A DNA stretch of 28,471 bases from a virus (Duplodnaviria; Caudoviricetes): positions 1 to 28,471 of the IMG/VR virus record IMGVR_UViG_3300048575_000233. One strand, given 5' to 3'. Made by a program: the position numbers and the translations under genes. Position 1 is the first letter of the stretch; each line of letters opens with the position of its first letter. Shown here in pieces: positions 7,738 through 16,984 of this stretch. A model generated the notes under the pieces. The model saw nothing but the letters and a program-made list of their open reading frames with translations, was not told the origin of the DNA and did not search any database.

Positions 7738-8211
7738 ATGACGATCCCCAACCACATCACCCTCGACGCGCTCCGGCAGATGCCGATCGGCGACATCGTG
7801 GCCTTGCCCGCCCAGCAGCTGGCGCTCCTCCATGAAGAAGCCGACGCCGCGCTCAAGGCCGCCAAGACCCTCAAGGACTGGCTCGATGGCGCCATCGGGC
7901 TCCGCTACGGCGAGCGCGCGTCGCAAGCGCGGATTGCCATGGCGAAGGATACCGGGACGGTCCGTTTTGCCGACGGCGCGGTGACTGTCGTCGCCGATCT
8001 GCCCAAGAAGGTCGAGTGGGATCAGGCGAAGCTCGCAGCGCTCGTCGAGACCATCCGCGCCGAGGGCGAGAACCCCACCGACTATGTCGAGATCACGTTC
8101 GGCGTCTCCGAGCGCGCCTACGGCGCATGGCCGGAGTCGATCCGCCGCGCCTTCACCCCGGCCCGCACGCTGAAGACCGGCAAGCAGACCTTCCGACTTC
8201 TCCGCGACTGA
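7738..8211 (+). CDS. Phage hypothetical protein (~157 aa)
   Basis: ATG 7738 after a GAGG RBS. DTGTVRF...DLPKKVEWDQ...SERAYGAWP is typical of genes preceding phage AAA_24 ATPases. Confidence 0.8.
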   Translation: MTIPNHITLDALRQMPIGDIVALPAQQLALLHEEADAALKAAKTLKDWLDGAIGLRYGERASQARIAMAKDTGTVRFADGAVTVVADLPKKVEWDQAKLAALVETIRAEGENPTDYVEITFGVSERAYGAWPESIRRAFTPARTLKTGKQTFRLLRD

Positions 8212-8224
8212 AAGGATTCATTCC

Positions 8225-8548
8225 ATGTTCCCGTTCGGCAAATCCAAGCCCGAAGCCCCTCTGTCCGCGCTCAAAGCGCTGAAGAAGGCGCATTACAGCC
8301 TCGCCTCGCTGCCCGAGACGATCCGGATTCCGGCAACGCCGGAGCGCGCCGAGACCGACGCCAAGCCGATCAACGATGCCACGATCGACGACATCGCCTT
8401 CGCGCTGCGCGGTCTGGAAGCGGCGTCCAGTGCGCTCATCGACCAGATGTACGCCCTGCGCAAGCTCAGCCAGATCGCGCGCGATGCTGGCGCTCTCGGC
8501 GCGCACCGCGCCGTCGAGGCTGCGGCCCGTGCCAGGACGGAGCGCTGA
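8225..8548 (+). CDS. Phage hypothetical protein
   Basis: 107 aa with an AAGGA RBS. Fills the operon gap exactly. Confidence 0.75.
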   Translation: MFPFGKSKPEAPLSALKALKKAHYSLASLPETIRIPATPERAETDAKPINDATIDDIAFALRGLEAASSALIDQMYALRKLSQIARDAGALGAHRAVEAAARARTER

Positions 8549-8550
8549 CC

Positions 8551-9429
8551 ATGGCGCTCCCCATCATCACCGCGGACCAGCGGCTCGCGGAACCTCGCGG
8601 CATCAAGGGCACGATCTTCGGCAAGTCCGGCATCGGGAAGACCAGCCTGCTGTGGACGCTCGATCCCGAGACCACCTTGTTCATGGACCTCGAGGCGGGC
8701 GACCTCGCCATCGAAGGATGGCCCGGCGACACGGTGCGTCCGCGCACCTGGCCGGAATGTCGCGACTTCGCAGTGTTTATCGGCGGGCCGAACCCGGCGC
8801 TGCGCGACGACCAAGCATACAGCCCCGCGCATTATGCGGCGGTCTCTGAACGCTTCGGCGATCCCGGCGTCATGGATCGCTACCGGACGGTCTTCATCGA
8901 CTCGATCACGGTTGCCGGCCGTCTGTGCTTCCAGTGGTGCAAGGGCCAGCCCGACGCCTTCTCCGAGAAGACCGGCAAGCCCGACATTCGCGGCGCCTAC
9001 GGCTTGCACGGTCGCGAGATGATCGCGTGGCTCACCCATCTCCAGCACACACGGGCGAAGAACGTCTGGTTCGTCGGAATCCTCGACGAGAAGCTGGACG
9101 ACTTCAACCGGCGCATCTTCCAGCCGCAGATCGACGGTTCGAAGACCGGTCTCGAACTGCCCGGCATCGTCGATGAAGTGCTGACGATGGCGGAGATCAA
9201 GGACGACGGAGGCACGCCCTATCGCGCCTTCGTCTGCCACACGATCAATCCGTGGGGTTTTCCCGCCAAGGACCGGTCAGGGCGTCTGTCGCCCGTCGAA
9301 GAACCGCATCTCGGTCGGTTGATGACGAAAATCTGCGGCCCCGTGAAGCCCGCCGCCGAGCGCCTCGCCTTCAACCGGCCCGACGCCGTGAACCTCACCA
9401 CTGACATCACTCATCTGGAAAACGCCTGA
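8551..9429 (+). CDS. Phage AAA_24 / Sak4-like NTP-binding protein
   Basis: Walker A GKSGIGKT, Walker B VFIDSIT and C-terminal AKDRSGRL. Confidence 0.88.
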   Translation: MALPIITADQRLAEPRGIKGTIFGKSGIGKTSLLWTLDPETTLFMDLEAGDLAIEGWPGDTVRPRTWPECRDFAVFIGGPNPALRDDQAYSPAHYAAVSERFGDPGVMDRYRTVFIDSITVAGRLCFQWCKGQPDAFSEKTGKPDIRGAYGLHGREMIAWLTHLQHTRAKNVWFVGILDEKLDDFNRRIFQPQIDGSKTGLELPGIVDEVLTMAEIKDDGGTPYRAFVCHTINPWGFPAKDRSGRLSPVEEPHLGRLMTKICGPVKPAAERLAFNRPDAVNLTTDITHLENA

Positions 9430-9445
9430 AGAGGAGCAACCAGTC

Positions 9446-10027
9446 ATGTCTGGATCCTGGAACGACTTCAACGACGCCAAGCAGAACAGCAACATCATCC
9501 CGAAGGGCACGCTGGCCAAGGTGCGCCTCACCATTCGCCCGGGCGGCTTCGACGACCCGGCTCAGGGCTGGACCGGAGGCTACGCGACGCGCGGCACGAC
9601 AGGTTCGGTCTATCTGTCCGGCGAGTTCACCGTGCTCGAAGGGCCCTATGCGCGGCGCAAGATCTTCACGTTGATCGGGCTCTACAGCCCGAAGGGTCCC
9701 GATTGGGCCAACATGGGCCGCAGCCTGATCCGCGGCATGCTGAATTCCGCCCGTGGCATTTCCGACAAGGATTCCTCGGCTCAGGCGCAGGCGGCGCGCC
9801 GCATCAGCGGTTTCGCCGATCTCGACGGCCTGGAGTTCGTGGCCCGCATCGATGTCGGGGCGGACACCAACGGCGAGGAGAAGAACGAGATCCGCGCCGC
9901 CGTCACGCCGGACCACAAGGAATACGCGCCGCTGGCCGGCGCAACGACAAGGGCACCGGCACCGCAGCCGCAACCGGCACAGGCTTCGATGCCGCAGCCG
10001 GGCATTCGTCCCTCCTGGGCGCAGTGA
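9446..10027 (+). CDS. Putative phage single-stranded DNA-binding protein
   Basis: Lies directly after the Sak4-like gene. Beta-rich core (YLSGEFTVLEGPYARRKIF) and a Pro/Gln tail ending RPSWAQ. Confidence 0.6.
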   Translation: MSGSWNDFNDAKQNSNIIPKGTLAKVRLTIRPGGFDDPAQGWTGGYATRGTTGSVYLSGEFTVLEGPYARRKIFTLIGLYSPKGPDWANMGRSLIRGMLNSARGISDKDSSAQAQAARRISGFADLDGLEFVARIDVGADTNGEEKNEIRAAVTPDHKEYAPLAGATTRAPAPQPQPAQASMPQPGIRPSWAQ

Positions 10028-10039
10028 GGGCCGCTACCC

Positions 10040-11731
10040 ATGCTGTTGCGACCCCGCCAGAAACTGTTCGTCGAGCGAAGCGTCAGCGCGCTTTCGCAAC
10101 ATGGAAACACGCTCGCCGTGGCCCCGACCGGGGCCGGCAAGACGATCATGCTCTCGGCTGTCGCGGGGCGAATGATCGCCGATCCCGATGCCAAGGCCTG
10201 CGTCCTCGCCCATCGCGACGAACTCACCGACCAGAACCGCGACAAGTTCCGCCGTGTCATGCCCGGTCTTTCCACGTCCGTCGTCGATGCGCGCGAGAAG
10301 TCCTGGAAAGGACAAGTCACCTTCGCAATGGTTCCGACGCTGGCGCGATCCGGCAATCTCGATGCTATGCCGGCGCTTGATCTTCTGGTGATCGACGAGG
10401 CGCACCATGCGGCGGCCGACAGCTATCGCCGGATCATTGACCAGGCGCTGCAGAGCAATCCCGCCTGCCGGATCTATGGGGTCACTGCAACGCCCAACCG
10501 GGGCGACAAGCGCGGCCTTCGCGCCGTCTTTTCGAACGTCGCCGACCAGATCCGCATCGGCGAACTGATTGCCTCCGGCCATCTCGTGCCGCCGCGCACC
10601 TTCGTCATCGACGTCGGTGTCCAGGATCAGCTCACCAAGGTGCGGCGCACCGCTGACGACTTCGACATGAGCGAAGTCGATGCGATCATGAACCGGACTC
10701 CGGTGACCGACGCCGTCATTCGGCAATGGCAGGAAAAGGCCGGAAACCGCCAGACGGTCGTGTTCTGCTCCACCGTCAACCATGCCCGCAATGTGGCCAG
10801 CGCATTCAATGGCGCGGGAATTCCTGCGGGGCTCGTCCATGGCGAAATGCCGGATGCCGAGCGCAAATCCGTGCTCGCGGCCTACGCGGCGGGCAGTCTT
10901 CGCGTGGTGGTCAACGTCGCGGTTCTGACCGAAGGCTGGGATCATCCCCCCACGAGCTGTGTCGTCCTCCTGAGGCCGAGTTCCTACAAGTCGACGATGA
11001 TCCAGATGATCGGCCGTGGACTGCGCACGGTCTCGCTGGATGAACATCCCGGTGTTCTGAAGACCGACTGCATCGTCCTCGATTTTGGTACGTCGACGCT
11101 GCTTCACGGATCCCTCGAACAGGACGTCGACTTGAACGGCCGGGAATGCACTGGCGAAGCACCGACGAAGGACTGTCCCGAATGCGGCGCCGTCGTGCCG
11201 CTTGCCACCACCGAGTGTCCCCTTTGCGGCCACCATTGGGAACGGGATGAGACCGGCGAGGCCACACCGCTCGGCGAATTCGTGATGTCCGAGATTGACC
11301 TCCTGAAGCGGTCGAGTTTCCGGTGGTGCGATCTTTTCGGCGATGACGCCGCGCTCATCGCCAGCGGCTTCAATGCCTGGGGCGGGGTCTTTTTTCTCAA
11401 TGGCCGTTGGTACGGCATTGGCGGCGTCCAGAAGCAGCGGCCCCATCTGCTGGCGGCCGGCGAACGCACGGTTTGTCTCGCTGCAGCCGATGACTGGCTG
11501 AACGAACACGAAAGCGACGAGAGCGCGCACAAGACAAGGCGGTGGCTGAACCAGCCGCCGACCGACAAACAGCTCTCGTTTCTCCCGCCCGAGTACCGGC
11601 AGGATTTTGGGCTGACGCGCTACCAGGCATCGGCGCTCCTGGCGTTCCGCTTCAACCGCGACGCCATTCGCTCGCTCGTCTTTGGCGCGGCGGACACCGT
11701 TCCGGCTGACCTGATCGGGAGGGCAGCGTGA
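10040..11731 (+). CDS. SF2 DEAD/DEAH-box helicase with a C-terminal Zn finger
   Basis: APTGAGKT, IDEAHH, TATPNR, LTEGWD and QMIGRGLR. CPECG...CPLCG. Confidence 0.95.
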   Translation: MLLRPRQKLFVERSVSALSQHGNTLAVAPTGAGKTIMLSAVAGRMIADPDAKACVLAHRDELTDQNRDKFRRVMPGLSTSVVDAREKSWKGQVTFAMVPTLARSGNLDAMPALDLLVIDEAHHAAADSYRRIIDQALQSNPACRIYGVTATPNRGDKRGLRAVFSNVADQIRIGELIASGHLVPPRTFVIDVGVQDQLTKVRRTADDFDMSEVDAIMNRTPVTDAVIRQWQEKAGNRQTVVFCSTVNHARNVASAFNGAGIPAGLVHGEMPDAERKSVLAAYAAGSLRVVVNVAVLTEGWDHPPTSCVVLLRPSSYKSTMIQMIGRGLRTVSLDEHPGVLKTDCIVLDFGTSTLLHGSLEQDVDLNGRECTGEAPTKDCPECGAVVPLATTECPLCGHHWERDETGEATPLGEFVMSEIDLLKRSSFRWCDLFGDDAALIASGFNAWGGVFFLNGRWYGIGGVQKQRPHLLAAGERTVCLAAADDWLNEHESDESAHKTRRWLNQPPTDKQLSFLPPEYRQDFGLTRYQASALLAFRFNRDAIRSLVFGAADTVPADLIGRAA

Positions 11732-11743
11732 TGGAGCGTCCCC

Positions 11744-12202
11744 ATGAACACCTCATCCTCGGACCGTCTGCGCCTCTGGCATCCGCGTGGGACGCTTTGC
11801 GCCGTGTGTCGGTGTCCGACCCGTGGCTTTGGCTGGTTCGACCCGGTGCGCCCGGCGGCTTCGCCGCCAAAATCATCGAAGCGGGCGCCTACGCGCCCGA
11901 GGCAGCCGCGCCCCTCGGTCTGGTTCTGCTCGATCGCCTGCCAAGGCTTCTGGACGCGCTTGGCGCGGGAGCGCTGGGCCATGGTTGACCTCACCGAACA
12001 GGAAAAGGCGGCCATCCGCGCCAGCATGAAGCCGATTGCCGAGATCATGGAGGAGATCGGCTGGCAGACCCGGCTCGCCGAGCTCTCCGAAGCTCAGGTT
12101 CGAACCCTGATCGAGGCCGCCGTCGGCGGTTTCCAGGATGCAATGCGTGCCATCGCCCAAGGCTCTGCCGGAACGCGCGAAGATGCGGAGATTCCGTTCT
12201 GA
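11744..12202 (+). CDS. DUF6511-like Zn-finger protein
   Basis: CAVC...WFCSIAC, MVDLTEQE...MEEIGW and C-terminal EIPF. One-nt overlap with the next gene. Confidence 0.75.
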   Translation: MNTSSSDRLRLWHPRGTLCAVCRCPTRGFGWFDPVRPAASPPKSSKRAPTRPRQPRPSVWFCSIACQGFWTRLARERWAMVDLTEQEKAAIRASMKPIAEIMEEIGWQTRLAELSEAQVRTLIEAAVGGFQDAMRAIAQGSAGTREDAEIPF

Positions 12203-12969
12203 TGCTGGATTTCAATCACCGCTCTTTGATCGCCGAACGCATCAACGGACTGATCGACGACAGCCTCGATGCCGCGCGCGCCGTAATGCCCCCCCGGTCC
12301 TATCTGGGTGGATCACGGCTCGGGCAGCCTTGCGAGCGCGCGTTGCAGTTCGAATTCGCCGGTGCGCCGAAGGATGAAGGCTCCGACTTCGACGGCCAGA
12401 CGCTGCGGATCTTCGAGATCGGGCATGCGCTTGAAGATCTGGCCATCCGCTGGATCCGTGGCGCGGGCTTCGATCTCTACACCCGCAAGGGTAATCGCGC
12501 GGACGGGGAGCAGTTCGGCTTCTCGATCGCCGGTGGCCGCGTTCGCGGTCATGTCGACGGGATCATCGCTGCCGCCCCCGTCCAGCTGGGCTTTGCCGTT
12601 CCTGCGCTCTGGGAATGCAAGACCATGAACGCCCGGAACTGGCGAGAGACCGTTGCCAAGGGCGTCGTCATCGCCAAGCCGGTCTATGCGGCGCAGATCG
12701 CCCTCTACCAAGCCTACATGGAAGCGAGCGTCTCCGGCATCTGTTCCAATCCGGCGCTGTTCACCGCCATCAACAAGGACACGGCCGAACTGCACCACGA
12801 GCTCGTGGCTTTCGATGCCGGTCTTGCCCAACGGATGAGTGATCGCGCCGTTCGGATCCTGCAGGCGACGGACGCGGGCGAACTGCTGCCCCGGATCGCG
12901 ACCACGAGCGACTTTCATGAATGCCGGATGTGCCCTTGGGGCCAGCGCTGTTGGGGCCCGCCGGCATGA
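12202..12969 (+). CDS. Cas4-like PD-(D/E)XK exonuclease
   Basis: SRLGQPCER, GHALE, GHVDG, WECKT and QIALY. C-terminal CRMC-x5-C completes a four-Cys Fe-S pattern. Confidence 0.85.
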   Translation: MLDFNHRSLIAERINGLIDDSLDAARAVMPPRSYLGGSRLGQPCERALQFEFAGAPKDEGSDFDGQTLRIFEIGHALEDLAIRWIRGAGFDLYTRKGNRADGEQFGFSIAGGRVRGHVDGIIAAAPVQLGFAVPALWECKTMNARNWRETVAKGVVIAKPVYAAQIALYQAYMEASVSGICSNPALFTAINKDTAELHHELVAFDAGLAQRMSDRAVRILQATDAGELLPRIATTSDFHECRMCPWGQRCWGPPA

Positions 12970-15254
12970 GCGATCACAACGTCGTTTCCCTCGATGCCTG
13001 GCGCGACTTCAACGATGCGACGCCGCAGGTCGATCCGTTCGACGTGGAGCCGGATCGTGAGCAGATCGCCGTCTTTCTCGATGTCGTGTTCGGCTATTGC
13101 GACGGCTGGGTTCCGCTGCGCGGCTTCATCGACAAGGGCCAGGGGATCGACGGTCGCCCGCACAATGCCTGGATCGAAGCCGACGCAAACCTGCTGGAGA
13201 AGGCGATCGCTTTCGCAGGTTGGGCGGCGCGCGAAGGTGCTGCCTTCTATGTGGTGCCGGGAACGGTGGCCGAGAGCGGCAAGGCCAAGTCCGCCGACGT
13301 ACGCCAGATGCAAACGGTGCTGGTCGATCTCGATGCTGGCGACATCGCGGCCAAACTCGACCACCTGATCCGGCATCTCGGCGAGCCGACACTGATCGTC
13401 GAGAGCGGTGGCCGCACGCCGGACGGTCTCGACAAGCTGCATGTCTGGTGGCGCCTGAACGAGCCCGCCGAAGCCGAGGACATCACTCTGCTGTGCCGGT
13501 TGCGCGGCGACATCGCGGTCAAGGTTGGTGGCGACACGCATTTTCGTTCGACGCACCAACCGATCCGTCTGGCGGGATCCATCTATCACAAGGGCGGCTT
13601 CAAGCGCCTCGTCACCATCCGTCGCCACAACTCGCATGTCGAGGTGGACCTGCGCGATTTCGCGGAACGGGTCGACGCCATGCCGCCTCTCGTCGGCGGC
13701 GGATCGGAGCCGGGACCAGCCGCATCGAGGCCGTCGATCACTGATGTCCTGACAACGCCCGTTCGAGGGGGCAGCGAAGATGCATGGACCCGCTTTCAGG
13801 GCGCGAGCGCTGCCATCGGCCATTTCATCCGGCTGGCCCATGAAGGGCGCATGAGCCGCGACGAGGCATGGGAGGCGATCTGCCAGTACAATGCCGCCAT
13901 GCTGCGCCCGAGCTGGCCGCTGGAGCGGCTCGCGGCTGAGGCGCAGCGCCTGTGGCGGCTGCACGAAGAACGGCACGGGCCGCCGCTCGAACGTCTGGCG
14001 GTTTCGCCGATGTCGCCACTGCCGACTTTCACGCTCGGAACGCTCCTCGACGACAGGAGCCCGATGCCGGACGACATCATCGGGCCGCGCGTGCTCACGC
14101 CGGGTGGAATGCTGGTCCTCGGCGGCGCGCCCAAGGTCGGCAAGAGCGACTTCCTGATCAGCCTGCTGGTGCACATGGCGGCCGGCATCCCGTTCCTCGG
14201 CTTCGCGCCGTGCCGCCCGTTGCGGATCTTCTATCTGCAGGCCGAGATCCAGTACCACTATCTGCGCGAGCGGCTTCAGGGCATCCGGCTCGACTCGGCG
14301 CTACTCTCTGCCGCCCGCGACAATCTGGTCGCGACCCCGAAGGTCCGAATGCTGCTCGATGCGGGCGGTGTTTCGCGCGCCGTGGCGGCCGCGCGGGCGC
14401 ATTACGGCCATGGCGCGCCTGACATTCTCTGCATCGATCCGATCCGCAACCTCTTCGATGGCGGCCCGGACGGCGGCGGCGAGAACGACAACACGGCGAT
14501 GCTGTTCTTCCTGCAGGAACGTGTCGAGGTGTTCAGGGATTCGGTGGCGCCGGACGCCGGCCTGATTCTTTGCCACCACACCCGCAAGATCACCAAAAAG
14601 CAGCTCGCTGAGGATCCGTTCATGGCGCTCTCGGGCGCCGGAAGCCTGCGCAGCTTCTATACCTCTGGCATCATCATGCATCGGCCTGACGAAGAACGTC
14701 CGGAGCGGATGCTGCATTTCGAGCTGCGCAATGGTCCGGGCATCGAGCCGAAGATCATCGACAAGACAGATGGATGCTGGGTGGAAGTCGACCGTTCGGG
14801 CGAGCGGCTGGTGCGCAAATCGCTGGGTGAGCGGCTCGATGCCGAGCGTGTGCGCAAGCACGATGTCATCCTCGGCATTCTTCTCGACGCAGCGCTCGCG
14901 GGCCGACTCTACACCATCAACCAGTTCGCGGAGGCGTTCGAAAACCGCGGCGGGCTTGGCGGCAAGGACACGATCCGGGACCGCCTGAACGTGCTCGCCA
15001 CCAAGGGCTTCGTGAAATTCGTCCGCGACGGTGCGCCCTACGGCTTCGGCCCGTCCCGGTCCCGTTTCGGGTTTCTGTGCGTCGAAGCGATGGCCATTCC
15101 GACGGACGGCGAAGCGGTCGATCCCGAAACCGGCGAGGTCTCGCAGGCGACCATCGCGGTCCTGCCGACCCATTACAAATCGCCCCAGACCGGCGCGTTG
15201 CTTGAGGTCGAGAACCCGCATGTCTGGGTCTATCCGGAGGACGAACCGTCATGA
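12966..15254 (+). CDS. Primase-helicase (RepB'-type/AEP primase N-terminus + AAA_25 helicase)
   Basis: VDLD, VESGG...KLHVWW and QPIRLAGS primase motifs. GAPKVGKS Walker A, CIDP and HHTRK...GAGSL. ATG 12966 overlaps the upstream stop (ATGA). Confidence 0.88.
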   Translation: MSDHNVVSLDAWRDFNDATPQVDPFDVEPDREQIAVFLDVVFGYCDGWVPLRGFIDKGQGIDGRPHNAWIEADANLLEKAIAFAGWAAREGAAFYVVPGTVAESGKAKSADVRQMQTVLVDLDAGDIAAKLDHLIRHLGEPTLIVESGGRTPDGLDKLHVWWRLNEPAEAEDITLLCRLRGDIAVKVGGDTHFRSTHQPIRLAGSIYHKGGFKRLVTIRRHNSHVEVDLRDFAERVDAMPPLVGGGSEPGPAASRPSITDVLTTPVRGGSEDAWTRFQGASAAIGHFIRLAHEGRMSRDEAWEAICQYNAAMLRPSWPLERLAAEAQRLWRLHEERHGPPLERLAVSPMSPLPTFTLGTLLDDRSPMPDDIIGPRVLTPGGMLVLGGAPKVGKSDFLISLLVHMAAGIPFLGFAPCRPLRIFYLQAEIQYHYLRERLQGIRLDSALLSAARDNLVATPKVRMLLDAGGVSRAVAAARAHYGHGAPDILCIDPIRNLFDGGPDGGGENDNTAMLFFLQERVEVFRDSVAPDAGLILCHHTRKITKKQLAEDPFMALSGAGSLRSFYTSGIIMHRPDEERPERMLHFELRNGPGIEPKIIDKTDGCWVEVDRSGERLVRKSLGERLDAERVRKHDVILGILLDAALAGRLYTINQFAEAFENRGGLGGKDTIRDRLNVLATKGFVKFVRDGAPYGFGPSRSRFGFLCVEAMAIPTDGEAVDPETGEVSQATIAVLPTHYKSPQTGALLEVENPHVWVYPEDEPS

Positions 15255-15293
15255 TCGCGCTCGCGTCGCTCATCGCGCAGGCCTGCGCTCCGG

Positions 15294-15583
15294 CCAGATT
15301 GAACCAGATGGGGTGCTGTTCCGAAACTGGTCCGTCACCTCCGCGCCAAACTTCGCTTCACCCCGTCGAGACCAGATTGGGTGCGATGCCCAAACTGCCC
15401 CTTCGGAATTGCGCGCGCACCAGATTAGCTGCGCTGCAATCAGATTGGGCGGCGAGTGCAGACCGAAACTCCCGAAACTGGAAATTCCACAATCTCGCCA
15501 GTGCCTTGTCCTGGCCAGCAAGTTTAGGGGGGCAAAGCCACCCCTTTCAGGGGTGGGGGAGACCGCCGCAGGCGGGGTCTCCC
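15294..15583. repeat. Putative replication origin: ~10 short iterons plus two hairpins
   Basis: YCAGAT(T/G) at 15294, 15304, 15372, 15420 and 15440. CC(G)AAACT at 15321, 15346, 15390, 15463 and 15472. Hairpins at 15538-15556 and 15557-15583. Confidence 0.55.
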
Positions 15584-15662
15584 TTGCCCACCCCAAGGGG
15601 CTGCGCGCGCGCGGCGTGCCGACACTCCTCTCAACGACACCCCAAATGAAGGATCGGTCCCC

Positions 15663-16196
15663 ATGAGCATGATTGCGTCACCTGTTCCCGAGCCAGCATG
15701 TCTTCCGGCAGCTCTGGCTTCATCAACACGAAGCTCCGCCATCCTGGCGCTCGACCTTGGCACCACCACCGGCTGGGCAAGCCTCATCGGCGGCATCGTC
15801 CAAAGCGGCACGGTCTCTTTCCGACCCAGTCGCTATGATGGCGGCGGCATGCGCTATCTGCGCTTCCAGCGCTGGCTCGACACGCTCGTCCACGGCAATG
15901 ACGGCCTGGCCACCATCTACTTCGAGGAGGTGCGCCGTCATGTCGGCACGGATGCCGCCCATCTGTACGGCGGCTTCCTCGCCACGCTGACCTCATGGTG
16001 CGAGCGCGAGCAGGTCGCCTATCAGGGTGTGCCCGTCGGCACCATCAAGCGCTTTGCCACTGGCAAGGGCAACGCCGGCAAGGACGCTGTGCTGACCGCC
16101 GTTCGCCTGCGCGGGTTTCGACCGGCCGATGACAACGAAGCCGACGCGATCGCGCTGCTCCTCTGGGCCATCGAGACCAAGGGAGGCGTGCGATGA
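15663..16196 (+). CDS. Phage RuvC-like Holliday junction resolvase
   Basis: ILALDLGTTTGW, YFEEV, IKRFATGKGNAGK and DDNEADAIAL. Confidence 0.85.
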   Translation: MSMIASPVPEPACLPAALASSTRSSAILALDLGTTTGWASLIGGIVQSGTVSFRPSRYDGGGMRYLRFQRWLDTLVHGNDGLATIYFEEVRRHVGTDAAHLYGGFLATLTSWCEREQVAYQGVPVGTIKRFATGKGNAGKDAVLTAVRLRGFRPADDNEADAIALLLWAIETKGGVR

Positions 16197-16648
16197 CCGA
16201 ATGGACACCGAGCCTCGTGGAGGCGCGATTGGCTGAAGCGGCTCTCGTCCTGAAGCGCCTGCCGGAGGTGAAGGTCCAAGGATACTTCAGCACCTGGCCA
16301 AAGATGCTGTACGAATTCAGCGATCTCGTCGGTCAGGAGCCGAAGCCGATGCGCGTGTTGCCATCACCCGCCGCGATCAGCCGCATGGAGGAGACACTCG
16401 GTTGGACCGTTGGACTGGACCCGATCGACGGCAAGATCATCTGGATGCGCGCCTATGGAGAACGCTGGAAGACGATCTGCTGGACGGTCGGGCTTCAGCG
16501 CTCCGCCGCCCACGAGCACTGGCTCTACGCCCTCTGCGTCATTGCCTGGCGTCTCAACCAGCGGCGCGTGCCGAAACTGCGGTCAAGGCGCCATGTGATC
16601 GAAATGGTGCGGCAGGCCTGCGATCTCCCCGAACTGGAGCTGGATTGA
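16193..16648 (+). CDS. DUF6362 family protein (possible late transcription regulator)
   Basis: WTPSLVEARLAEAA...PSPAAISRMEETLGW...RWKTICWTVGL. ATGA overlap. Last gene of the early operon. Confidence 0.8.
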   Translation: MTEWTPSLVEARLAEAALVLKRLPEVKVQGYFSTWPKMLYEFSDLVGQEPKPMRVLPSPAAISRMEETLGWTVGLDPIDGKIIWMRAYGERWKTICWTVGLQRSAAHEHWLYALCVIAWRLNQRRVPKLRSRRHVIEMVRQACDLPELELD

Positions 16649-16756
16649 CGTCGCTTTCTCAACGAAGCATTCTTCCACAATGAGGCGGCTGCGTTTGAGG
16701 CTCTCCAAGCAATCATTAGGAAAGATCGAGCGGGCCAAGCAGCTGGAGTCGTCGAG

Positions 16757-16975
16757 ATGAGTGAGTTTAAGCGCCCTGCCGGCGTTAGCGATGATCCAGA
16801 GGCAAGCTATCGCGCAGGCTACCAGCATGGAGCCTGGGCCGTGTTCGAGCGCGTTCGCACTCACATTCCTGCTGAAGAACAGGTTCGTTTTGAGCAATGG
16901 ATTGAGGGCGATTTGCAGCAATGGCGACATGACCGCGCGAGAAATCCGGCTCCTCCTATATTCCGACGCGTCTGA
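16757..16975 (+). CDS. Small hypothetical protein (72 aa)
   Basis: ATG with GGAG 8 nt upstream and protein-like composition. No family recognised. Confidence 0.55.
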   Translation: MSEFKRPAGVSDDPEASYRAGYQHGAWAVFERVRTHIPAEEQVRFEQWIEGDLQQWRHDRARNPAPPIFRRV

Positions 16976-16984
16976 GGTGGTGCC

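Noticed and set aside
12202-12969. Cas4-like gene as evidence of CRISPR-Cas
   Set aside because: No cas1/cas2 and no repeat-spacer array. Solo Cas4-like nucleases are common in phage replication modules.
15251-15649. 132-aa ORF after the primase-helicase
   Set aside because: It has an ATGA overlap but atypical composition and coincides with the iteron/hairpin region. Not excluded, but not supported.
16583-16930. 115-aa minus-strand ORF
   Set aside because: It overlaps DUF6362 and the better-supported 16757-16975 ORF, and has no recognisable motif.
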